Below the pieces are notes generated by a model. The model did no database searches and was not told where the DNA came from. It saw only the letters and a program-made list of their open reading frames with translations. A stretch of DNA of 57,156 nucleotides from an uncultured Acidobacteriota bacterium (GTDB taxonomy: Bacteria > Acidobacteriota > Terriglobia > UBA7540), in the NCBI GenBank assembly GCA_964533045.1, contig CAZHKT010000002.1, forward strand, positions 994-58,149, given 5' to 3'. Positions 16,326 through 24,039 of this stretch are shown here, piece after piece (the stretch's first letter is position 1; each line of letters begins with the position of its first letter). The translations under genes were made by a program, and so were the position numbers.

Positions 16326-17791
16326 CGGTAACCCAGATCACGAAGGACACGCCGGGCCACCGCGTGATCGTCAAACGGGATCGTACGGTCCTTCAGAATC
16401 TGATAGGTCTCGTGCCCCTTGCCGGCCAGAACCACCACGTCTCCTTCGTGAGCCTCGGTGAGCGCCTTGCGGATCGCTGCCTCGCGGTCCACTTCCGCTA
16501 TATAGGTACGGCCGGTTCTTTGCAGGCCCACCATTACGTCATTCATGATCAGGGCCGGGTCCTCGCTCCGGGGGTTGTCGGAGGTGAGCACCACCAGGTC
16601 GGCCAGTTCACCCGCCGCTTCACCCATCAGGGGGCGCTTGGAACGGTCGCGATCTCCCCCACATCCGAAGACTACAATGAGCCGGTCCCGGGTCAATTCG
16701 CGCGCCGTCTTCAAGACATTGCGCAGGGCATCGTCCGTATGCGCGTAATCCACGACCACCAAAAACGGCTGGCCTGCGTCCACTCGGTCGAATCGCCCGG
16801 GAACAGAGGGGAGCGCCGCGATGCCTGCGGCAATCCGGTCAGAAGCAATCCCCAATCCCAGGCCGGCGGCGACGGCTGCCAGGATATTGTAAAGGTTCGC
16901 CCGTCCGGCGAGTTTCGACTCCACTTCCAGTGTACCTTCGGGCGTGGAAATGGTGGCCTGCAATCCCCCCATCCCTTGCGAGAATTTGACCGCTTTCACC
17001 TGCGCGGAACCATTCAATCCATAAGTCAGACGCCGGCGGTTGGGGGCCTCCAGCAGCTTCGCGCCCCAGGGGTCATCCGAGTTGATGACAGCCAGCTCGG
17101 GCGGTGGCGCGCCTAAACCGTCAAACAGGCGTCGCTTGGCGGCAAAGTAACTTTCGAAATCGCGATGGTAATCCAGGTGGTCGCGCGTCAGGTTGGTGAA
17201 CACCGCGGCGCGGAATGGGATGCCCCAGAGCCGCTCCTGGGCCAGCGCGTGCGAGGAAGCCTCCATCACCGCCGCTTCGCCGCCCGCTTCCACCAGTTGG
17301 GCGAAGCAGGTGAGCAGATCCAGCGATTCGGGGGTGGTGTTCACCGCCGCCCGCGTTTGTCCGGCCCAGCGGTATTCGATCGTCCCAAACAGGCCCGCCG
17401 AAACTCCGGCGGCGCGGAAGATGCTTTCCAGCAGGAAGGCGGTCGTGGTCTTGCCGTTCGTGCCCGTGATGCCGACAAGCAACAGCTTGGCGTCGGGATG
17501 CCCCAGAAAGACGCGCGCGGAATCCGCCAAGGCGCGTCGGATCTTCTCCACGCGAACCCAGCGCGTGGCGTGCTCAGGCGGCGCCGCCCTTTCGCTGACA
17601 ATGGCCACCGCGCCGTGATCGAGCGCCGCGTTTATAAACTGATGGCCGTCGGCCTTTTCACCTTGGATGGCAAAAAAGAGGGTTCCCCGCTCCGCGCGGC
17701 GGGAGTCGTAGGCAAGCGATGTAACTTCGAGGTCCGGACTGGCTCCCAGATCGAGGGTCGGCACTCCCCGAAGGAGTTCCCCCAATTTCAT
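16322..17791 (-). CDS. murE: UDP-N-acetylmuramoyl-L-alanyl-D-glutamate--2,6-diaminopimelate ligase MurE
   Basis: GITGTNGKTTT and a DNPR motif (SDNPRSEDP), which is typical of the meso-DAP-adding type. Confidence 0.93.
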   Translation of the reverse strand: MKLGELLRGVPTLDLGASPDLEVTSLAYDSRRAERGTLFFAIQGEKADGHQFINAALDHGAVAIVSERAAPPEHATRWVRVEKIRRALADSARVFLGHPDAKLLLVGITGTNGKTTTAFLLESIFRAAGVSAGLFGTIEYRWAGQTRAAVNTTPESLDLLTCFAQLVEAGGEAAVMEASSHALAQERLWGIPFRAAVFTNLTRDHLDYHRDFESYFAAKRRLFDGLGAPPPELAVINSDDPWGAKLLEAPNRRRLTYGLNGSAQVKAVKFSQGMGGLQATISTPEGTLEVESKLAGRANLYNILAAVAAGLGLGIASDRIAAGIAALPSVPGRFDRVDAGQPFLVVVDYAHTDDALRNVLKTARELTRDRLIVVFGCGGDRDRSKRPLMGEAAGELADLVVLTSDNPRSEDPALIMNDVMVGLQRTGRTYIAEVDREAAIRKALTEAHEGDVVVLAGKGHETYQILKDRTIPFDDHAVARRVLRDLGYR

Positions 17792-17931
17792 CGTTCACTC
17801 GCATTCGTCAGCTACGGCCTTCACCGTCATCCGTGACCCGCTGTCCACGGCAAATCTTGCTGAAGCATACCGCGGCGTCCTTATGGAATCCTTGCCTCGG
17901 ACAACAGATCACGAACCACGGCGAGGATCCC

Positions 17932-19998
17932 TCACCGTCCAAAGATGACCCACACCCTCGATCCCGCCGGCACCTGCGAGTGCGGCGGCGGCGACTGTTC
18001 AAAAGCCACACCCGACCCTCGGATGTTCAGATCGAGTCCCAACTGCTGGCATTGCTCGGCCACCAGGCGAAGCGGCTTGCCCGTGAAGTCGGGCATCACC
18101 ACCAGCGGCCCGTCGTCCAGCAGCAACGCTTCGCTGGCCGGGCTGGCCGCAGGCCTGGCGTAAGAAACCGGTTGTACGGGAGAAGTTGCAGCCGCCGCTG
18201 TTTCAGATCGTAAAGGTTGGAAATCCGCCCGATCACCGTGTTTCTGGCGCGGAGACCCAGCGGGCGAGGAACTTGCAACCTGCAGAAATTTGGAAGGGTT
18301 GTCTTGCGGCACGTTTAAGTAACCCAGAGTCTGCTCTGCGATGGACCTGAAAACCGGCGCTGCAACTTCTCGGCCGTATATTGCTCCTACCGGTGAATCA
18401 ATCACGACCAGAATCGTGACAGCCGGCTTCTTGACAGGAGCAAAACCTACAAAACTCGGAATGTAGTGCGTCTTGGAATACGTACCGGTATGATCGATCT
18501 TCATGGCCGTCCCGGTCTTGCCGGCCGCACTGAAACCTGTCAGCTTGGCCGTGGTTCCCGTGCCGGCCTCGACCACTTCAGTGAGGATGCCCTTCATCAA
18601 GTCGGAGGTGCGGGCGCTGATCACGCGCCGGCCGGGAGGGGCGGCGAGCGCCTCCCGCCGGTCGCCGTCGAAGACCTCGCGCACGATGCGAGGCTTGTTC
18701 AGCACGCCGCCGTTGGCAATGGCGGAGTAGGCAGCGATAATCTGGAGCGGGGTCACGCCGATTTCCTGGCCGTTGGTCATCTCGCCCAGGGAAATGCCCG
18801 ACCAGCGGGACGGAGGCTTGAGGAGTCCCCGCTCTTCGGCGGGCAGCTCGATGCCGGTCTCATCGCCGAATCCGAACGCCTTGACGTAACGGTAGAAGCG
18901 CTCTTCGCCGAGCCGCAGCCCGAGCTTGATGACGCCCACGCCGCTGGACTGAGCCATAATCTGCCGCACGCTCAGTCTTCCGTGCGGGTGATCATCATGG
19001 ATGACGTGTCCGGCGAGTACGATGCTGCCCCACTGGCAATCGATTACTTCGTCCGGAGTGGTCAGACCCTCTTCCAGCGCGGCCGCAACGGCCACCAGCT
19101 TGAACGTGGACCCGGGCTCATACACCTGCGAAACGGCGCGATTCCGGCGGGCCTCTCCCGCGCTCTGCCCGAAGTTGTTGGGGTTGAAAGTGGGGTAGCT
19201 CGCCATGGCGAGGATTTCGCCGGTCGCCGGCTCCTGAACGATAACGGCGCCGCCCTGCATCTTCCACTTGGCCGCAGCCTCGGCCAGGGCCTTTTCGGCG
19301 ATGAACTGGATGTTCTGGTCAATGGTCAGCACCAGGCTCTTGCCCGGCTTTCCCGGCTGCGTGGTAGACTGGAAGGACTGCCGGCGTGCGTCGGTAGCAA
19401 TCAAGGCGCGGCCAGGCGTTCCCTTGACGGCATCATCGAAGCGGTATTCCAACCCGCCCAGCCCGTGGTCGTCGAGCCCCACGTACCCGAGCACCGGTGC
19501 GGCCAGATCCCCTTTCGGGTAGAACCGCTTCATTTCCTTCTGGAAGTAGACTCCCTTCAGATTCATGTCGCGCAGGCGGGCCGATTCCTCGGGCGTCACC
19601 TTACGCTTCACCCAGCAGAACGTCTTGAAGGCTCTAAACTTGGCCAGCAAGTCATCCGGCTCGATGCCCAATACCGGTCCGATCAGGCCGGCGACCATTT
19701 CGGGATTGGGAATTTCGGCCGGGACGGCGAAGACCGAATCCACCGCCAGACTCATGGCCAGCGGCTGCATGGAGCGATCATAGATGGTTCCGCGCGTCGG
19801 AGCGATTTCGATGGTGCGCTGCTGCTGGCGTTCGCCGCGCGCCACCAGATCCACGTATTGAATGATTTGAAGGTGGTAGAGCCGCCCGGCCAATGCCAGC
19901 ATCCAGGCAGCCATGAGGAATCCCAGCACAAGTCCCCGATTGAGCGTCAGAGGCTCGACGCTCGCGAGGGAGCGCGCATGGGTCGTTCGCGAGGACAT
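17932..19998 (-). CDS. ftsI: penicillin-binding protein FtsI/PBP3-type transpeptidase with a C-terminal PASTA domain
   Basis: N-terminal TM helix, PBP dimer domain, and the transpeptidase motifs STFK, SSG(V) and KTGT. The last ~60 aa (MPDFTGKPLRLVAEQCQQLGLDLNIRGSGVAFEQSPP...VWVIF) fit PASTA. Confidence 0.92.
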   Translation of the reverse strand: MSSRTTHARSLASVEPLTLNRGLVLGFLMAAWMLALAGRLYHLQIIQYVDLVARGERQQQRTIEIAPTRGTIYDRSMQPLAMSLAVDSVFAVPAEIPNPEMVAGLIGPVLGIEPDDLLAKFRAFKTFCWVKRKVTPEESARLRDMNLKGVYFQKEMKRFYPKGDLAAPVLGYVGLDDHGLGGLEYRFDDAVKGTPGRALIATDARRQSFQSTTQPGKPGKSLVLTIDQNIQFIAEKALAEAAAKWKMQGGAVIVQEPATGEILAMASYPTFNPNNFGQSAGEARRNRAVSQVYEPGSTFKLVAVAAALEEGLTTPDEVIDCQWGSIVLAGHVIHDDHPHGRLSVRQIMAQSSGVGVIKLGLRLGEERFYRYVKAFGFGDETGIELPAEERGLLKPPSRWSGISLGEMTNGQEIGVTPLQIIAAYSAIANGGVLNKPRIVREVFDGDRREALAAPPGRRVISARTSDLMKGILTEVVEAGTGTTAKLTGFSAAGKTGTAMKIDHTGTYSKTHYIPSFVGFAPVKKPAVTILVVIDSPVGAIYGREVAAPVFRSIAEQTLGYLNVPQDNPSKFLQVASSSPAGSPRQKHGDRADFQPLRSETAAAATSPVQPVSYARPAASPASEALLLDDGPLVVMPDFTGKPLRLVAEQCQQLGLDLNIRGSGVAFEQSPPPHSQVPAGSRVWVIFGR

Positions 19999-20481
19999 TT
20001 ACGGTGTCTCGCCCGCCGCCGGAAGGTTTTGCGCGAATTCCGCCGGGCCTTGCGCGGCGGGGGTATCCACGCCCAGCCGGATGACTTGACCGGGCTGGGG
20101 GATGGCCAAGCCAAGTTCTTTTCTTGCCAGCGCGTCAATGCGCTGCGGGTCTGCCAGCGCGGCGTGCTCGACGCGAAGCTGGCGATTCCATTCGAGCAGA
20201 GCCTTCTGGTCGCTGCGCGCCGACTCCAGTTCGTACCCGTCGCGCACAAAGGCAAAGCTCTGCCACACAAAAATCATCAGGAAGAGGAAGACGACCACGC
20301 CCAGCCCCAGCAGGGCGTAGCACTCGCGCAACGTGTCAGCGTCCACTTCCCGGCGAAGCCTTGAATTATCAATAGGTTTCAGATATACGATGTCCGGCAG
20401 CGCGACGCGCCGGGGACCCCGCGCGGAAGCAATCGGCTGGATCCGTCGCGGGCGAGGAAGAGTTGTAGCGATGGTAGCCAT
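19999..20481 (-). CDS. ftsL: cell division protein FtsL-like (bitopic, coiled coil)
   Basis: 160 aa with a single TM helix (LLGLGVVVFLFLMIFVW) followed by a heptad-rich region. It sits between rsmH and ftsI, and its stop abuts the ftsI ATG. Confidence 0.7.
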   Translation of the reverse strand: MATIATTLPRPRRIQPIASARGPRRVALPDIVYLKPIDNSRLRREVDADTLRECYALLGLGVVVFLFLMIFVWQSFAFVRDGYELESARSDQKALLEWNRQLRVEHAALADPQRIDALARKELGLAIPQPGQVIRLGVDTPAAQGPAEFAQNLPAAGETP

Positions 20482-20542
20482 TCTCCGGTCCTAAGGTACC
20501 AGGCACTGGTGGCTGGGTCCGGGAGGCCGTTCTTCCCCGTCC

Positions 20543-21550
20543 CTAGTTCCCCGTCCCCAGCCCCTGCTTTTCGATGGCGCGCAGCTTGGCGCTGCGGGCC
20601 CTTGGATTCGCTAAAGTTTCCGCCTCGGACGGGCGGACGACCTTCTTGGTCAGAATCTTGGCGACGCCCTGGCGTTGCCAGTCCTGCATGGCCCTTTTCA
20701 CCGGCCGGTCTTCGAGCGAGTGAAAGCTCAGCACGACCAGCCGGCCCCCGGGAGCAAGAACATCCAGCGCCTTACCCAGAAAGGCGTTCAGGTTCTCGAT
20801 CTCCCGATTCACGGCGAGGCGCAGGGCCATAAAGGTGCGCGTCGCCGGATGAATCTGGTGAAGGCCCGACCGGGAGGGGATAGCTCGCGTCACCACCTGC
20901 GCCAGTTCGGTGGTTGATCGAATCGGACGGGCCTTCATAATGGCTCGCGCTATGCGGCGCGAGTGGCGCTCTTCACCAAACCTGTAAATCAGATCCGCCA
21001 GTTCGCGCTCCGAACCGCGGTTCACCAAGTCTTCCGCCGTGAGGTCGCCCGCGGGATCCATCCGCATATCCAGCGGACCGGGTGCGTTGAAGCTGAAGCC
21101 CCGCTCGGCATTATCCAGTTGCATTGAACTCAGCCCCAGATCGGCGAGCAGGCCGTCGGCCGGAGGAAGGCCGCTGGCGGCGTGCAGCGCGTCGATTTGG
21201 GCAAAGTTGCCGTGCATCGCTATCAGCTTCTCCCCGAAGGGCTTGAGGCGTTCGCGCGCGAGGGCCAGGGCTGAGGGATCGCAGTCGATCCCCAGGAGCC
21301 TTCCCTGGCCCCGCTGTAGTTCCCGGAGGATAGCTCCAGCATGCCCACCGGCGCCGAGCGTCGCGTCGATATAGAAGCCATCGGGTCGTACATCCAAAAA
21401 CTCCAGAACTTCCCGAGCCAGGACCGAAACGTGAGGAACGCGGGCTTCGGGGTTCGGGCTTCGGGGTTCGGGTTGTTCGAAGTCGTTGCCATCCTTCACC
21501 GTTTGTCGCTTCCGATTACCGTGCCGCGTCGCTCCGTCCGAAATCCTCAA
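20543..21550 (-). CDS. rsmH: 16S rRNA (cytosine1402-N4)-methyltransferase RsmH (MraW)
   Basis: HVSVL...DATLGAGGH and SFHSLEDR motifs. Shares an ATGA overlap with mraZ and has a ~35-aa N-terminal extension. Confidence 0.93.
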   Translation of the reverse strand: MRISDGATRHGNRKRQTVKDGNDFEQPEPRSPNPEARVPHVSVLAREVLEFLDVRPDGFYIDATLGAGGHAGAILRELQRGQGRLLGIDCDPSALALARERLKPFGEKLIAMHGNFAQIDALHAASGLPPADGLLADLGLSSMQLDNAERGFSFNAPGPLDMRMDPAGDLTAEDLVNRGSERELADLIYRFGEERHSRRIARAIMKARPIRSTTELAQVVTRAIPSRSGLHQIHPATRTFMALRLAVNREIENLNAFLGKALDVLAPGGRLVVLSFHSLEDRPVKRAMQDWQRQGVAKILTKKVVRPSEAETLANPRARSAKLRAIEKQGLGTGN

Positions 21551-21987
21551 ATCCCCAGGTCACTCAATCCCTGCATGTCTTCGTCGGTGAATGGCTCGCG
21601 TTCCAGATACTCGCGGTACCGCTCACTGTTCCAGACATCCAGCCGGTCCAGATAGCCCAGCACCGCCACTTCGCCCTTCATCGCCGCCGATTCACGCAGC
21701 GTGGCGGGAATCAGAATGCGCCCCTGGGCGTCCATCTTGGCCATCTGGCCGTAGTAGTTGGTCCGGTCCAGGAACTTCTTCTTGGCCTTGTTCATGGAGG
21801 GCAGCGCCGCCAGCTTCTCCTCGATCCCCCGCCACACCCCAAAGGGGTAAACCCTCACCGACTGCCCGTCGAGGCTGGTCACATAGAAGTCGGGTCCAAA
21901 GTTCTCTTCGATATAGGTCTTGAAAACGGTCGGAATCTTGAGCCGGCCCTTGATGTCTACCGTTGCTGGATAGTTGCCTCTGAGCAC
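21547..21987 (-). CDS. mraZ: transcriptional regulator MraZ
   Basis: Two SpoVT/AbrB-like halves (DIKGRLKIP and DAQGRILIP); first gene of the dcw cluster. GTG start. Confidence 0.95.
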   Translation of the reverse strand: MLRGNYPATVDIKGRLKIPTVFKTYIEENFGPDFYVTSLDGQSVRVYPFGVWRGIEEKLAALPSMNKAKKKFLDRTNYYGQMAKMDAQGRILIPATLRESAAMKGEVAVLGYLDRLDVWNSERYREYLEREPFTDEDMQGLSDLGI

Positions 21988-22030
21988 TTCCCGACCTTCT
22001 CTGATTCCCTGTCAAACCGGCTTCTGGTCA

Positions 22031-22068
22031 CCACTATCGACTACTTTCATCTACTTTCTACCACTTTC
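22031..22068 (-). promoter_or_regulatory. four 10-bp-phased direct repeats GAAAGTGG / GAAAGTAG / GAAAGTAG / GATAGTGG (putative MraZ operator)
   Basis: Plus-strand octamers ccactatc, ctactttc, ctactttc and ccactttc start at 22031, 22041, 22051 and 22061. They lie between the -10 hexamer and the mraZ start. Confidence 0.55.
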
Positions 22069-22076
22069 AGCCACGG

Positions 22077-22105
22077 ACTATAGGGGCATATAAACTCCGT
22101 GTCAA
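22077..22105 (-). promoter_or_regulatory. dcw promoter (Pmra-like), TTGACA-17-TATAGT with an A/T-rich UP-like tract
   Basis: The minus strand reads aaaaaaattgaaaaaaggtcTTGACAcggagtttatatgccccTATAGT, ~90 nt upstream of mraZ. Confidence 0.6.
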
Positions 22106-22208
22106 GACCTTTTTTCAATTTTTTTAATGAGTTAGCAAGATTTCTGATTGACCCCGCCTCTTGGGGCCTCTTCCGCCCAAAACCACTACCCTTTGTGGGC
22201 CTGTTTTC

Positions 22209-22449
22209 GTAGCGCAGGGCTCGTCCCTCAGCCCTGCGGTTCTGGTTGCAATTGTAGCGCAGGGCTCGCGCTTCAGCCCTGCGGTTCTGGTTGCGATTGT
22301 AGATTGTAGCGCAGGGCTCGTCCTTCAGCCCTGCGGTTCGGGTTGCAATTGTAGCGCAGGGCTCGCGCTTCAGCCCTGCGGCTTTCCATTCCGCACGAAC
22401 GGCCGCAAGGCTAGAAAGCGAGCCTTGCGCTACAAAACCGTTGCGCTAC
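22209..22449. repeat. REP family 2 array, left of RAYT (4 forward type-A units, 1 inverted type-B unit, 1 partial head)
   Basis: 31-nt units GTAGCGCAGGGCTCG(T/C)(C/G)C(C/T)TCAGCCCTGCGG at 22209, 22254, 22306 and 22351. An inverted CCGCAAGGCTAGAAAGCGAGCCTTGCGCTAC lies at 22403-22433, and a GCGCTAC remnant at 22443-22449. Confidence 0.85.
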
Positions 22450-22459
22450 AATCCACCCG

Positions 22460-22963
22460 ATGTCGCGGCTTCGGCGCCTTCAAACCACGGGAAGGATATT
22501 CTTCATAACCTGCAATATCGCCAAGGACCGGAGACCCTTTGAGCCAGGCGAACTTGATACGCTTTCGAGAACTATCGATCAGGTTCGCGCTCGCCGAAAG
22601 TTTCTGGTGGCGGGATTTGTCCTGATGCCCGACCATTGGCATGCCCTTTTGGTCCCCGGCCCGAACGATGACCTGCCACGCCTGATGAATGCGGTCAAGG
22701 TGGCCGCCATGCGGCGCATCCACGCCCGGCATGGGACCGGCGGGCCACTCTGGCAACCGCGCTATTTCGACGAAATACAACGCACCGTCAGGCAGTTCCA
22801 GGGTACCTTGCGCTATATGCATTTCAATCCCGTGGAGAAAGGTCTGGTCACAAGGCCCGAGGACTGGCGATGGTCAAGCTTTCGCTGCTTCGGAGGCGAC
22901 GGCGACTCCCCGCTCCGAGTGGATGACCTCCATCTCCCCGCCGACCATAACTTCCGTCTGTAG
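22460..22963 (+). CDS. rayT: REP-associated tyrosine transposase (RAYT; IS200/IS605-like HUH Y1 transposase)
   Basis: 167 aa with the HUH motif in FVLMPDHWHALL and the catalytic Tyr context LRYMHFNPVEKGL. It is a single ORF with no IS200-type ends and is flanked on both sides by REPs. Its TAG stop is the GTAG head of the next REP. Confidence 0.88.
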   Translation: MSRLRRLQTTGRIFFITCNIAKDRRPFEPGELDTLSRTIDQVRARRKFLVAGFVLMPDHWHALLVPGPNDDLPRLMNAVKVAAMRRIHARHGTGGPLWQPRYFDEIQRTVRQFQGTLRYMHFNPVEKGLVTRPEDWRWSSFRCFGGDGDSPLRVDDLHLPADHNFRL

Positions 22964-23242
22964 CGCAGGGCCCGCTTTCCGGCCCTGCGGCTCTTCCATT
23001 CACCCAAAAACCCGCAAGGCTAAACCACGAGCCTTGCGCTACAAGAACGCGCGCATCGGTAGCGCAGGGCCCGCTTTCCGGCCCTGCGGCTCTTCCATTC
23101 ACCCGGAAAACCGCAAGGCTAAACCACGAGCCTTGCGCTACAAGAAAAACCGCAAGGCTAAACCACGAGCCTTGCGCTACAAGAACATTTTTGTTCCATC
23201 CATCCGACGAACCGCAAGGCTATACAGCGAGCCTGGCGCGAC
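22960..23242. repeat. REP family 2 array, right of RAYT (type A at 22960 and 23059; inverted type B at 23012, 23111, 23150; degenerate B at 23212)
   Basis: Type A reads GTAGCGCAGGGCCCGCTTTCCGGCCCTGCGG; type B reads CCGCAAGGCTAAACCACGAGCCTTGCGCTAC. A and B are joined by a ~21-nt linker containing TTCCAT. Confidence 0.85.
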
Positions 23243-23256
23243 AAGAACATTTTCCC

Positions 23257-23285
23257 TTGACAAATGGTAGCCTACGTGCTAGGCT
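23257..23285 (+). promoter_or_regulatory. candidate sigma70 promoter TTGACA-17-TAGGCT
   Basis: TTGACAaatggtagcctacgtgcTAGGCT. It would place the transcription start downstream of the ORF-track ATG at 23264. Confidence 0.35.
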
Positions 23286-23308
23286 CTGATGCGGAGGGAG
23301 GAGCGCCG

Positions 23309-23905
23309 GTGGCTTATGAATTCACGGAGCGGCGCCGGGCGGCGGCACTGGAAAACCTGAAGCAGGCGCGCGCGGCGCACCTTGCCGGGCGGGTTCCCCG
23401 CCCCGCGCGTCCGCCCAACCTGAAGCACGGCTACTTCGCGCGCGATCTGCGCCGGAGCGTCATCCTGCTGGGCGAGGACGTGCGCGAATACGACGCGCAT
23501 CTGGAACGCTTCGCCGCCGCTCTGACGCCCCGCACCGAGCGCGAGCGGGTGCTCGCCCGCCGTCTGGGCGAAACCACCTGGCAGTTGATCCGCACCTATC
23601 ATGCCCGCGCCCACCTGCTGAAGCGCAAGCTGCGCCAGAAACTCGACCGCGTGGTGAGTCTCGCCAGCGCGGGAGCTCTGGCCGACTGGTATCTGCGCGA
23701 CCTCGGCTACATGCTGACCGAGCTCTATCTCCAGGAAGAGCCTTTCCTCCAGCAGTGTTCCAACCGGATGCGCAACCAGTTCGAGCGCTTGTTTCGATTG
23801 TTCCTCATCGAGCGCACCGGGACGGACAAGGGGTTACGCCCCCGTTCGCGCGTGACGCCTGAGGCCCCGCTGACGGCCTACGACCGGGAAGCGCCGTTTC
23901 AATAA
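23309..23905 (+). CDS. conserved hypothetical protein (Arg-rich, helical; NLKHG motif)
   Basis: GC3 is high in this frame. GTG 23309 is preceded by GGAGGGAGGAG at good spacing; the ORF-track ATG 23264 lies inside the predicted promoter. I cannot name a domain. Confidence 0.6.
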   Translation: MAYEFTERRRAAALENLKQARAAHLAGRVPRPARPPNLKHGYFARDLRRSVILLGEDVREYDAHLERFAAALTPRTERERVLARRLGETTWQLIRTYHARAHLLKRKLRQKLDRVVSLASAGALADWYLRDLGYMLTELYLQEEPFLQQCSNRMRNQFERLFRLFLIERTGTDKGLRPRSRVTPEAPLTAYDREAPFQ

Positions 23906-24039
23906 CCAGCGGCGACGCCCCTTGTCAGCGCGGACGCCGCAAGGCAGGGTTCTCCGTCGGATCGGACCCGATCCCCCTGGGCGCTCCCGGCACGCCAGGG
24001 CGGAATCCCAGCCCTGCGCGACCCAGTCGCTACCGTCCT

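Larger units (their letters stand above)
22209..23242 (+). mobile_element. REPtron: RAYT gene with flanking REP arrays
   Basis: See the component features at 22209-22449, 22460-22963 and 22960-23242. Confidence 0.75.

Noticed and set aside
18466-20364. 632-aa plus-strand ORF opposite ftsI/ftsL
   Set aside because: It is antisense to ftsI, which carries the STFK/KTGT motifs. It is a high-GC shadow frame. The same reasoning applies to 11360-12928 (opposite murD), 24307-26079 (opposite GH127), 35041-36696 (opposite aroA and the GH-like gene), 36706-38064, 39624-40961, 43356-45023 (opposite ligA), 52799-53809 and 54320-55186.
22161-22508. ORFs reading through REP arrays (22161-22508, 22689-23270, 22848-23102, 25986-26240, 26206-26484)
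   Set aside because: Their 'proteins' are repeated translations of the REP hairpins (e.g. VAQGS..SPAVLV, NRKAKPRALRYK). They have no start context and overlap the RAYT, GH127 or nrdR genes.
22209-23242. CRISPR-like appearance (regularly spaced ~31-nt repeats)
   Set aside because: The repeats are palindromic with GTAG heads and occur in both orientations. The 'spacers' are 14-25 nt and similar to each other. No cas genes are present. The arrangement fits REP/BIME arrays.
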